DNA from: Mytilus trossulus
Taxonomy: Eukaryota
Reading direction: 5' to 3'
NCBI RefSeq assembly: GCF_036588685.1
Contig: NC_086373.1
Span: 73,346,001-73,410,000 of the forward strand
Length of the DNA stretch: 64,000 nt
The stretch's first letter is position 1. The number at the start of each line of letters is the position of its first letter. This document shows, in pieces, positions 34,201 through 43,117 of this stretch. Below the pieces are notes generated by a model. It did not search any database, was not told the origin of the DNA, and saw only the letters and a list, made by a program, of their open reading frames with translations. The translations under genes were made by a program, and so were the position numbers.

Positions 34201-36903
34201 ACTGTATCAAAGATTTGATGCCAGAACAAGTGAACATGACGTCTATAAGGTACCAAATCCGTTTTTTTTTTAAACTTATGAAGTTTTGAGGCTAAATATG
34301 ATTTATCGTGAAATCAAGATATAAAGCCTTATCGCCTATGAATCTGTTTAAGGCGAATGAAAAGTTGTTCATCTAATATAAGTGAGGCACAGATTCAACT
34401 GCGAAAGTTTTCTGAACATGTAAAGTAAAACCACAGCCTTTCATGATAGCATTGTCAAATGTTTCCTAGCATATCATCTGTATTTCTTAATATTCATCAA
34501 AGAAAACTCAAAATATTTTTATTTTATTTGACATTTCATATAACATAAAGTACTTAGTACAATATCGTTTGGAAAGATGGTTAAGTGTTAAATAAAGGCA
34601 ACAGTAGTATACCGCTGTTCAAAACTCATAAATCCATGGACAAAAAACAAAATCGGCGTAACAAACCAAAACCGAGCGAAACGCATTAAATATAAGAGGA
34701 GAACAACGACACAACACCGAAACGCAACACACACAGAAACAGACCAATCATCAGACAAAACACCATGAGAATAACAAATGTAACATGAAAACCAAATACA
34801 TGAATTTGGGATAGACAAGTACCGTGCCACGTCTTATCTCAATATCTCAAAAATAAGAGAAAACACAATCGACTCAACGTTAAAATGCAACACAAAGAGA
34901 AACGAACAATATTATAACAATGACCATCTTCCTGACTTGGTACAGGACACTTTTAAAATTAACATTCACATTTAATAAATTCGTTCATGTTTAAAAAAAT
35001 CATTAAAAATAGGATTTTATCTTATTCTCTCTTGGAGGTTTTCAATAAATAACTCAGATCAAACCATAATTTAAAAAAAATATGACTTTAGGTTGAAACC
35101 ATAGGTGATGCATATATGGTAGTTAGTGGAGTACCAGAAGTCAAGAAAGTGCATGCCCAGCCGGTTGCCAAATTTGCTATAGATATGATAAAAGAAGCCA
35201 GCAATGTGAAATCACCAGCTACAGGAAAACCCCTACAAGTGAGTCGTTTTAAACCATAATGATTGATTTATTATTAATTTATGTACTTTTTGCATGTTTA
35301 TTTTTCACAGACAGTAACATGTGTAACTAACTTCTACCCCTCTATTATTGACCTACATGGGACTTTAGATATATATAATTTCCTATCGCTTGCTCGTATC
35401 ATTTTCATTCTCTGCTACGCTTCATCCTAAATTATTATTTTCTCGTTCTTTTATAGAGTTTTCGGAACATTTTTTTATTTGTGAATTAAACGGTCCTGGT
35501 TTATTTTAATTGACCCTTATAAATATTCATATTGAAAAGTATCCACTTGTTGTATAAATAATTCAACTGTTATAATGCTTTTTAGATACGTGTTGGAATC
35601 CACAGCGGTCCTGTAGTAGCCGGAGTTGTAGGTGTTAAAATGCCAAGGTATTGTCTCTTTGGTGACACTGTAAATACGGCCTCACGTATGGAAAGTCATG
35701 GAGAACCTGGTCGTATACATATAAGCCCGACATCATACAGGTATAGTAAATAATTTTTTTCGATGTGTTTACTACAATTATTTTTAAAAAGATGTTTCCG
35801 GTAAACGTCAATGAATAGTAACTGAACAACACAATGCAATCAAATTGGCATTAAGAGGTGGTGACAATTAAGAAAATGTCTACACTATACGAAGATACAA
35901 ATCGTCCCTTTTGAAAAGGTTGTAAACTAGTTCAATTCAAAGGTAAAAAAAACAAGACCAAACATAAATCGACAAATGATTAAGGGACAGCTATAGATAA
36001 TGATGATATTTTAGACTTGGACAGACACATAATTATTTGGTCGATTGACACATGTTTTGCATCATCCATTCCTCCTGACATTTAATCAATTGAAGACCGA
36101 AACACTGTTAAATCGACTCTGCAATCTGTTTTGTTTGAATTCAAAAAAATAAAGTTGATTATTTTTAAGGCGTTATTTTCTAATCTTCCGTACTATACAC
36201 TTAATCGACTATTAATAATTAATTACTGACGTCATTCAAATGTGTATAATCGACATTAATATATAAATGTAGTTAAATGTATGTTTTTGAAGAAAAAATA
36301 TTTGATCTATTTATGTGCACGTTAACGTTAATAAGGAAATGGTACCAACTTTTGTCACTCTTTCCCTTCAAAATTGTTTTCAAGTTTTTTTTTTAAATTA
36401 TTATGTTTCACTCTAGCACTTATGTGTATTATAAAGAATACTGATATGGAAGGGATGAATAAATGTCAGGCAGATGCTCACCTGTATACTTTTTTATTTT
36501 GTGAATACAATGAAATTATATTATTGCAATAACTTATTTCTATATTTTTCTTAGTTTGCTCAAAGATGATGACTATGTATTCAGAGACAGACAATGTATA
36601 GAAGTAAAAGGAAAAGGTTCGCTACATACGTATTTCCTTGTTGGTGAAAATGGTAGATTATTGTCAGAACCAGAAGATGTATTCCATAATCTTACAATTT
36701 TGAAAAAAGACATTCCAGTGAACGGAAGTGTGACTGAAACTATAGGCTATGATAATTATAACGATGAAAGAACACCCATAAAAATCAATGTCGTATTACA
36801 AGACAATAATCAGATGCATAGAAATAATATCAACAGTGTTAATAGAGAGAATAAGAATTTAAAAACGCAGTCCCGGTACAGCACCATGTGTAATGTTCTA
36901 TAA
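4283..36903 (+). CDS. GUCY1B2: Soluble guanylate cyclase beta-2-like subunit, 12 coding exons: join(4283..4285,9568..9641,20331..20431,20932..21115,23311..23387,30799..31254,32853..33027,33592..33737,34101..34249,35092..35238,35586..35740,36555..36903), 671 aa
   Basis: All introns are GT-AG and phases are compatible; exon lengths sum to 2016 nt with no internal stop. Translation gives H-NOX (MYGHIHLC...NLDALH105...PSFRC...HYFTER), PAS ([12 protein letters not shown]...LRGQMIW...YLSDIP), coiled coil ([12 protein letters not shown]...LLFQMLP) and cyclase ([57 protein letters not shown]), ending CNVL*. LNQQR.AE, FSD.VTFT, RMESHG and the CaaX end resemble vertebrate beta-2 more than beta-1; orthology not tested by phylogeny. 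Confidence 0.93.
4343..4886. repeat. Old, degenerate foldback element just inside intron 1
   Basis: ~200-bp arms (4343-4545 vs 4694-4886) with patchy complementarity (aaatatgg.cgt.tttacac; gcag.ag.t..caaaataaac). Confidence 0.5.
6997..8676 (-). mobile_element. Penelope-like retroelement, 5'-truncated and frameshifted (RT + 3' region)
   Basis: Minus-strand [50 protein letters not shown]...[15 protein letters not shown]...PSYGVYIS; 3' region matches 50261-50700. Confidence 0.9.
9568..9641 (+). CDS. GUCY1B2: sGC exon 2 ([25 protein letters not shown])
   Basis: ttttcag|TAT ... TT|gtaagt, 74 nt, H-NOX N-terminal helices. Confidence 0.93.
10338..10381 (-). ncRNA. Dead hammerhead copy (family 1)
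   Basis: Minus strand gcguca-CUGGUGC-GUCU(uaugu)AGAC-GAAA-C(ACGU)G-UA-uggcgu; CUGAUGA box doubly mutated. Confidence 0.6.
10545..10850 (+). repeat. Abundant dispersed repeat family A (other copies ~3155-3390, ~20075-20230, 48026-48196 minus, 53541-53680 minus)
   Basis: Shared ttttctcgtttgaat.gttttaca...gactatgcggtatggg...gaaggccgtacggtgacctata...caatcataccacatcttc. Confidence 0.8.
12121..12466 (+). repeat. 2.4 tandem copies of a 145-bp chimeric unit (PLE 3' end + retrozyme block)
   Basis: Units start at 12121, 12266 and 12411 and are near-identical. Confidence 0.9.
14326..14750 (-). mobile_element. Penelope-like family B, 3' fragment with internal deletion
   Basis: Reverse complement of segments of 19050-19621. 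Confidence 0.75.
14813..15187. mobile_element. Kolobok-type MITE, TTAA TSD
   Basis: ttaa|GGATGTCTGCT ... AGCGAACATCC|ttaa. Confidence 0.7.
16630..16965 (-). mobile_element. HINE-like fragment with two ~164-bp internal tandem repeats
   Basis: Repeats start ~16644 and ~16808; gatggacggac tract and hairpin end; a similar weaker fragment lies at ~43300-43680. Confidence 0.55.
16967..17260 (+). mobile_element. Retrozyme family 1 copy, 5'-truncated
   Basis: Colinear with the reverse complement of 24459-24740; ends in hammerhead + aaattataatcctggtaccttt. Confidence 0.8.
17184..17227 (+). ncRNA. Minimal type I hammerhead ribozyme, weakened helices (sense strand of sGC intron 2)
   Basis: gcguca-CUGAUGA-GACU(uaugu)AGAC-GAAA-C(GCAU)G-UC^-uggcau; core intact, one mismatch in stem II and one in stem I. 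Confidence 0.7.
17270..18060 (+). repeat. Degenerate tandem array, irregular ~130-170-bp period
   Basis: gggcatgga.atttttacc.aggaatatta.tgacatggacatgatt...ggaaaattagtct recurs at ~17270, 17418, 17576, 17853 with partial copies. Confidence 0.75.
18145..18494 (-). mobile_element. Retrozyme family 2 unit (~350 nt)
   Basis: Different body from family 1 but shares the GC-rich block (ctgggct.gt.a.accctcggggac...ccaccagca..ggcatcg.cc.agtgg) and a hammerhead in the same relative position. Confidence 0.7.
18169..18212 (-). ncRNA. Degenerate hammerhead of a second family (AUC triplet)
   Basis: Minus strand gcauca-GUGAAGA-GAAA(uguau)UGUC-GAAA-U(GCGC)A-UC^-ugguac; C3>G and a stem II mismatch, probably inactive. 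Confidence 0.6.
18915..19621 (+). mobile_element. Penelope-like family B, 3' fragment
   Basis: [20 protein letters not shown]...[17 protein letters not shown]...PAYGVYIS remnants, then the 3' end gtttggctgtccctctggtatctttcgaccctctttt. Confidence 0.85.
19780..19960 (-). repeat. Dispersed repeat family C (also ~28745-28820, ~32430-32545, ~40170-40335, ~46130-46280)
   Basis: Shared aaaacggaaagtccctaatcaaatggcaaaatcaaa...aacacatcaaacgaa..acaactgtcat. Confidence 0.7.
20331..20431 (+). CDS. GUCY1B2: sGC exon 3 ([34 protein letters not shown])
   Basis: attcag|G ... G|gtactg, 101 nt, F.V...Y.D..T..LV.A pattern of H-NOX. Confidence 0.9.
20932..21115 (+). CDS. GUCY1B2: sGC exon 4 with heme-ligating His105
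   Basis: tttcag|GA ... AG|gtgag; FGEYFVQYC78...[10 protein letters not shown]...NLDALH105...PPSFR. Confidence 0.96.
21997..22362 (-). mobile_element. Penelope-like family B, 3' fragment
   Basis: Reverse complement of ~19258-19621. Confidence 0.8.
23311..23387 (+). CDS. GUCY1B2: sGC exon 5 with heme-propionate motif ([26 protein letters not shown])
   Basis: ttacag|A ... G|gtaatt, 77 nt, bridges phase 2 to phase 1; not in the ORF track. Confidence 0.93.
24459..24842 (-). mobile_element. Non-LTR retrozyme, one full unit plus terminal redundancy
   Basis: Non-coding; ~45-nt direct repeat at both ends spanning the cleavage site; 335 nt between the two GUC sites (24836 and 24501); homologous to 16967-17260. 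Confidence 0.85.
24495..24538 (-). ncRNA. Minimal type I hammerhead ribozyme
   Basis: Minus strand gcguca-CUGAUGA-GUCU(uaugu)AGAU-GAAA-C(GUAC)G-UC^-uggcgu; G10.1-C11.1 pair changed to G-U. Confidence 0.8.
27588..28307. mobile_element. Foldback MITE with 290-bp inverted arms, TTAA TSD (Kolobok-type GG...CC ends)
   Basis: ttaa|GGTTCCACTAAAG ... CTTTAGTGGAACC|ttaa; arms 27588-27877 and 28018-28307 with about 10 mismatches. Confidence 0.92.
30799..31254 (+). CDS. GUCY1B2: sGC exon 6 (end of H-NOX, linker, start of PAS/H-NOBA)
   Basis: ttacag|GT ... G|gtaagt; [11 protein letters not shown]...[15 protein letters not shown]...LFLRG. Confidence 0.95.
31707..32054 (-). mobile_element. Full-length tRNA-derived SINE with Deu/Nin-like core and 14-bp TSD
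   Basis: Minus-strand head agagccgTGGTGTAGTGGttag...GGTTCGATTCCc (Pol III A and B boxes); core gtccgtcgga..ggacgataaa...cacgttaaagacaccca...tttcgaaaaagagtagg; TSD cttatatatcatta at 31693-31706 and 32055-32068; interrupts an older repeat. Confidence 0.9.
32853..33027 (+). CDS. GUCY1B2: sGC exon 7 (PAS end)
   Basis: ttgtag|GT ... GC|gttagt; QMIWIDD...CSPRL...[24 protein letters not shown]. Confidence 0.95.
33592..33737 (+). CDS. GUCY1B2: sGC exon 8 (coiled coil)
   Basis: ttgtag|G ... G|gtgagt; [11 protein letters not shown]...[25 protein letters not shown]. Confidence 0.95.
34101..34249 (+). CDS. GUCY1B2: sGC exon 9 (cyclase, first metal-binding Asp)
   Basis: ttttag|AA ... AAG|gtacca; [12 protein letters not shown]...[10 protein letters not shown]...DVYK. 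Confidence 0.96.
34588..34958 (-). repeat. Dispersed retroelement-like 3' end (related copy ~9905-10270)
   Basis: Shared aacagta.tata.cgctgttc.aaa...aaactaaaac.gagggaaac...ccattttcctgacttggtac. Confidence 0.7.
35092..35238 (+). CDS. GUCY1B2: sGC exon 10 (cyclase)
   Basis: tttag|GTT ... CAA|gtgagt; [15 protein letters not shown]...SPATGKPLQ. Confidence 0.96.
35586..35740 (+). CDS. GUCY1B2: sGC exon 11 (cyclase signature)
   Basis: tttag|ATA ... AG|gtatag; [39 protein letters not shown]. Confidence 0.97.
36555..36903 (+). CDS. GUCY1B2: sGC exon 12 (last; C-terminal tail and CaaX)
   Basis: cttag|T; [14 protein letters not shown]...STMCNVL-TAA. Confidence 0.94.
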
Positions 36904-36957
36904 TGTGCTGTAAATTGAATAATTCTGAGACTGTGATCAAAATTTTTGAATAAAATG

Positions 36958-37162
36958 GTGTTGTTATCTTTGTTACACGAGTTGTTGTTATCTATGAACA
37001 AACAAATGGAAGTTTTTATCTACTTTGACAGGCTATACAGCCCTTACACGGTCGGTATTATCTATGTTACACGAGTTGTTGTTTATCATTGTTACACGAG
37101 TTGTTGTTATCTTTGTTACTCGAGTTGTTGTTTTCTTTGTTATACGAGTTGTTGTTATCTTT
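36958..37162 (+). repeat. ~24-bp minisatellite in the 3' UTR
   Basis: Unit ~TGTTACACGAGTTGTTGTTATCTT; about 4 tandem copies at 37065-37162 plus a detached copy at ~36958-36993. Confidence 0.8.
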
Positions 37163-37201
37163 GGACCATTTAACAGGTCGAAGATGTCTTTCTAGAACTT
37201 C

Positions 37202-37272
37202 AATAAAGAATAATATAATACTGATTTGATTAAACTGTGTGAGCTTTTCCCTATCTCTACTCAATTAATAAA
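37202..37272 (+). promoter_or_regulatory. Candidate polyadenylation signals of the sGC gene
   Basis: AATAAA at 37202 and 37267 (another at 36949), 300-370 nt past the stop; weak evidence in AT-rich DNA. Confidence 0.35.
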
Positions 37273-38479
37273 TAACATTTAAAATACACAATTAAATGTT
37301 GCTTCTACATTTAATTCAATATTTGATTTTTTTGTCTTGAAGATGTTGGGGTCAACTTTTATTGTGTAAACAACTTCACCTTTGTAAGAGTACTTTCATT
37401 ATATATTTTAAGTGTTAGAGAACAACACAGTTTATGAATACCATTATTTTCCTGTTAAAACTCTCTTCCTGTATCTTGAAGATATTTACATTCAAATCAT
37501 GTATCATTTTTAATGAAATCCTCAAAGCTTCAAGTTTAAATTTTACGACACTTGATATTGAATGTCACAAAACTTAACCCCTTTATGTGAAATTAGTTTG
37601 TGGGAAACTGCATTTGATCACTAGTATCCGTAAAGTTATGTACTATATCAAAAGTACAATTAAAAAAAAGATGACTGCACCTAATATTCAATATCAGTTT
37701 ATGTGGCAATAGGTACGTCAAATCGGTATGAGGACTGATGTGTTACGATCTTTTTATCATACACATACGCAATATTTTTTATTATTTTTTTCATTTTTAA
37801 AGAAATGTATGGTATAGTTCTAGAAAATAAAACTAACGGCTTAATTTATATACAAATTAATTTAAGAAAAAAACCAATTATGTAACACAGCAAGAGACCA
37901 CCACCGAATTACAGGCTCCCGACTTGAGAAAGACACATACATAGTGTGGCGGGGTTATACTTGTTTGTAGGCCCCAACCCTCCTATAACGCGGGACAGTG
38001 GTGTAACAGTACAACAAAAGAACAAAATATGGAAATCTTAGCTCATCAGATGGATACAAATAGAATTGCATCCAACAAAAACGCAGAGTACACTTGCACA
38101 GGTTATTTATTGTACATCCCCACAACAAAAAAGACACTAAGTACAGATCTAAGGTTACAGTTATTGGCAACTAGTTCAAATATAATAATCAATAATAAGA
38201 GTGATAATGCATTTAAGTCTTAATTATCAATAAGTACGAATTCAAAATCAAATGAATTAAGTGTAAATACGTTATAAACAGTCGGGGGGAAAACATGATC
38301 TTGTGCAATTACAAGATACAAGTATCGACAGATGATAGAACCATTAAGATGCGTATGTAAATAAAAATAATATTTAGTTTGATTTTAATAAACCGAAAAC
38401 AAAAGCAATATTAATACCAATAAAAGCAATATTCAAAATTAAAGATCAAGTTACAGCGTTGAACATGTCAACCTGTGGT

Positions 38480-39290
38480 TAGTTTGGAGGTAGACTGTTA
38501 CAAAAAATTGTCGGCATACCTATAAGAACAACATGTGTGCCTCATCTTGCCAACATCTTCTTATTGTTATATGAGTTCCTTTGTACACTTACAAATAGAC
38601 AATCAAAGAAACCATATCTTAAATGTCAAATTCAGAAGTATTGATGATGTTCTTTCCATTGACATTCCAAACTTTTCGGATTAAATTCCATTTATATATT
38701 CCTTAAAAATAGAAATTAAAACAACAACAGTCACGGCTACCTCCACCTTGTTTTTAGAATTATACTTCAAATTCAATTTAAGCGGTCATCTCAATACCAG
38801 AATCTATGACAAACGAGACGATTTTTATTCTGAAATTATCAATTTCCCTTATCATAGTAGCAATATTCATACTTCAGCTGCATATTGGATATATATTTGG
38901 TATTCAAGGGTTTGCAGCTTCTGCTCAGACTTTATAAAACGGCACCAGTGTCTGAATAAAATGATTGAGCTAGATCTCGTCCTTTCTTAAAATCATCAGA
39001 AAATACATCATGACCTTGTTGATAGATGTTCCATAGCAACTTCAAAAATAATACACTACGGTCTTAAAGTATAGATTATGGATACTAACGTTGTTTATCA
39101 TCTTAATAACGTGTTATCGTTATCTTTTATTTGTCTTTATAAATATAACTTTTACTTAAGGCTCGGTTTTTTGTGATATTAGTTTTACGTGGCACTGTAC
39201 TCAAACGTCCTATCATTGTGTTAGTATGCTATGATAATTTTTTGTATTTTGATTTTCATATTTTGCTAATGTGCCTTGTTTTGTTTTGTT
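38480..39290 (+). mobile_element. Decayed Penelope-like RT, third family
   Basis: QKIVGIPIRTTCVPHLANIFL, FRSIDDVLSI, LNTRIYDKRDDFYSEIINFPYHSSNI with stops and frameshifts; an oppositely oriented retroelement 3' region abuts at ~37800-38450. Confidence 0.8.
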
Positions 39291-39302
39291 TTCTATGTTA
39301 CA

Positions 39303-40115
39303 TTTTTAGCTCACCTGGCCCAAAGGGCCAAGTGAGCTTTTCTCATCACTTGGCGTCCGGCGTCAGTCGTCCGTCGTCCGTCGTCGTCCGGCGTTAGCTT
39401 TTACAAAAATCTTCTCCTCTGAAACTACTGGGCCAAATCAAACCAAACTTGGCCACAATCATCATTGGGGTATCTAGTTTAAAAAATGTGTGACGTGACC
39501 CGGTCATCCAACCAAGATGGCCGCCACGGCTAAAAATAAAACATAGGGGTAAAATGCAGTTTTTGGCTTATAACTCAAAAACCAAAGCATTTAGAGGAAA
39601 TCTGACATGGGGTAAAAATGTTTATCAGGTCAAGATCTATCTGCCCTCAAATTTTCAGATGAATCGGTCAACCTGTTGTTGGGTTACTGCCCCTGAATTG
39701 GTAATTTTGAGGAAATTTTGCTGTTTTTGGTTATTATCTTGAATATTATTATAGATAGAGATAAACTGTAAACAGCAATAATGTTCAGCAAAGTAAGATC
39801 TACAAATAAGTCAACATGACCTAAATGGTCAATTGACCCCTTAAGGAGTTATTGCCCTTTATAGTAAATTTTTAACAATTTTCATTAATTCGGTAAATTT
39901 ATGTAAATTTTTACCAAATATTTTTCTCTGTTACTAATGGGCAAGGTTCATTATAGATATAATTGTAAGAAGCAAGAACGTTCAGTAAAGTAAGAACTTC
40001 AAACACATCACCATCACCAAAATACAATTTTGTCATGAATCCATTTGTGTCCTTTGTTTAATATGCACATAGACCAAGGTGAGCGACACAGGCTCTTTAG
40101 AGCCTCTAGTTTTTT
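39303..40115 (+). mobile_element. Helentron-associated non-autonomous element (HINE/DINE-1/pearl-like)
   Basis: T-run flanks, 5' subTIR gctcacct with hairpin, (CGTC/GTCC)n tract at 39353-39392, 3' subTIR aggtgagc and terminal palindrome AGGCTCtttaGAGCCT. Confidence 0.85.
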
Positions 40116-40429
40116 ATAGTGATTACAATTTTTACATAATGTAGATTGCTGTACCCCTATCTTTGTCAATATAATGCGACTGGCATACAAGTGAGAGTTT
40201 TAGTTAGCTATAAAACCAGCCGTTTTTTTTTAATTAGAAATTGCCTGTACCAAGTCAGAAATATGACAGTTGTTATCCATTTGTTTGATGTGTTTTGTCG
40301 TTTTGAATTTTCCTCACAGTTCGGTATTTTTATATTTCACAACCAAATTTATATATCTTTGACATTTCTTTTTACGCTCTAATGTATAAAGTGATCGCGC
40401 AGTTCCTTGTAATCCCTTTTGAATCAATT

Positions 40430-40840
40430 GTTGCTCTTGGTGCAGTGGTTTGGATGTCAATTCAGGAGAGAAAGACGTTGATGTTGGTCTGTTAGTCGAA
40501 AATAAAGATCTGGCAATATAATTCTATACTTCACTTATGTTGTAGTGTAAAGAAATGCGATATTGGATGCAGATATTTCATAAGTTGATTTAATTGAGGG
40601 ATAAGAGTTGTTGGCATTTAAATGAACACAAGTTCTTGTTAAGTTTATCTAATGTTATGTCAATATTGTCGATGAATCGAAAGCAAGAAGGTTGATAAAG
40701 TGAGGTATTGAGAATTTGCTGTTTAAATTGGCCGCAAAATATATCCATATGACGAGGCTATCTTTGTATCCATTGCTGTTTCACTAATCGGAAGATACTG
40801 TTCACAATAGCATGTGAAGTTATTGCAATTTAATCAAAAG
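40430..40840 (-). mobile_element. Very decayed Penelope-like RT, fourth family
   Basis: Minus strand LNCNNFT..EQYLPISETAMDTKIASSY, CFRFIDNI, YPSIKSTYEIS..IAFL.TT, DLYFRLTDQHQRL...HPNHCTKS correspond to PLE motifs GTAMGT..APSY, RFIDDI, HP.IKFT.E, LY.KPTD...YL...S.HP. Confidence 0.7.
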
Positions 40841-42277
40841 TAAAAAGTGTGTGATGGTGGTTTTTTTTGTGAATGTAGGAGCTGTTTCAAAGTCTCATTA
40901 AATCATTCATTAGAAAGTTGACCTTCTGCCTTTTTATCTGGAATATAATCATTTTTGGATGCGTATTCACGCAGTCTATGTTATTATTATTCAATCTACG
41001 TCATCTTTATAATGTTAGAAATATACCTATTTAAATCATACAGCGCTATGCATATTTATGAGTTCTTCGTTTTGAATACTTAACATGCTTCAACTGTGGC
41101 ATTGTAGAATTAAACAAATTCAAATTCCGCATTGTTATTTGTTTAAGGAACACATCTATGCAGGTTCTGTGTTAATCAGTGTTAATTATTTAACCTTGGT
41201 TAATTTCAAAATTTTACAATTAAACAAGTTCAAATAGCAGATTGTTTAGGATGCCTATATACGCTGTCTCATTACTTTGAAACCTAGAATAATACAAGGG
41301 TGTTTTTTTTTAACTGACATTCCGTTTCAGATTGTTTTAGTAAAACCAAAATACATTGATATGGTTCATTTTACATCAAACTGCTGAAGGATATAAGTTT
41401 ATATCCGAAATATTTAAAGATACTTTTATTCACTGATTTCTTCTTTCAAAATATTTTTTTTTGTGTTAATTTTGTAGGCGTTTTCAAAACCTAATTTAAA
41501 ATTTTGATTTTGCCTGTCCATTATTTTAATTTGAGTTAACTAACAACTATAAAGACAGTAATAACATTCCAAATTGATAGTATATAATGTGTTCAATAGA
41601 CAATAAAATTAATAATAAATAATATGACTTTAGTGTTCATTTAAATAGGTAAAATCGAAATATTTTATCAAAAACTACAAAGTTGAAACCAATGTTCCAT
41701 GATGTATACTTTAGATTAAATTACTTATAAATATTCTTCTAAAATTTTAAATGTTACTAAAAGGTCCTGATTTTTTTTTATATTATCCTTATTGTTGTTA
41801 AAATCAAATTTAACAAACCAAGCAATTATGCCTACCAAAGATCACAAAACAAAAATCTTAGAGACACATTTTGTTTTTACTTAAATATAAACGATAACAT
41901 CACTATCTGTAAAATCATTGTGTTTAAGTTATATTAAATAATCCCCATCCTAATCGATTTTAATGCATTTGATCGTTCAAGGACAATAATCCCCTTTGAG
42001 ATCAGACGAATGTTCTTATGTCAATGATAGAATTCTACCATTTTTATGGAAAAATCTGTGTTTCGAAAATTTATTTTGAACAGGAAATGGATATTTGTGA
42101 AAACAAATTATACCAAAAAGGTAAGTTTGTTATAACAACTATACATTAAACACATGTAAACCACATCATATTCATAAAATCTGTTATAAACAACATCGAC
42201 ATTATCATGGTAAAACAAGTGATGAGTAAGCATTGAGTAAAGAAATTCTATGTACTTTTCATCAGAACGTATATATA

Positions 42278-42565
42278 GTTCCTGATTCGATTCCCGTCTG
42301 GGATGAAAATTTCAGGAACTGAATTTTCGGTTCTCCCTTGACACCATTTGCTAGTATGGTCTTGAGGAAACGATAATAATCCGTCGGAAGGGGACGAAAA
42401 GTGGCTGATCCGTGTTAAGAAAGAGACATATCTCTTGCACGTTAAAGACACCCTCGTAGATTTCGAAAAAGACTCGCACCCGCAAAGTGGAAAGGGATTA
42501 ATATAAGTTGCAAAACTTGTTTCCCAATCCACTATAAATAAATATGTTTTAACTAAACTAAACTA
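42278..42565 (+). mobile_element. Second copy of the same SINE, 5'-truncated, (AAACT)n tail
   Basis: Starts just before the B box, colinear with 31707-32054 apart from a ~27-nt deletion. Confidence 0.85.
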
Positions 42566-42913
42566 GAGATCATTATGATCCAGAGCTTTTTTCATCTTTG
42601 ATGAGTTTTAATAACCACAGACTTGATGCCACTTCTGGTGAAAATTTGCCTTAAGGGTATCATCAATCCGTAAGTTCGCACTTGTGTGTTGACATAAAAT
42701 ATCATTGATGTGGTCATTTTATGTAAATTTAATGTTTATCCATCACTACGTTTTTCTGCTCCATACTTTGATGCTCATAGCCGTTTTTGGCAAACATCTT
42801 CGAAATTTAACATTGTTATGATCTTTAACATGGTATTTAATTAGACCTTTCAACTTTAAAACGGGCGTTTTTCTAACATAATTCTACGCCTGGAATCTAC
42901 GATGAGTTATTTA

Positions 42914-43117
42914 AGCAGGATCTGCTTACCCTCCCGGAGCACCTGAGATCACCCCTAGTTTTTGGTGGGGTTTGTGTTGTTTATTCTTTAGTTTTCTATG
43001 TTGTGTCATATGTATTGTTTGTCTGTTTGTCTTTTTCATTTTTAGCCATGGCGTTGTAAGTCTATTTTAGATTTATGAGTTTGACTGTCCCTTTGGTATC
43101 TTTCGTCCCTCTTCTTT
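42914..43117 (+). mobile_element. Penelope-like family B, 3' end (another copy at ~43890-44061)
   Basis: Matches 19428-19621. Confidence 0.8.
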
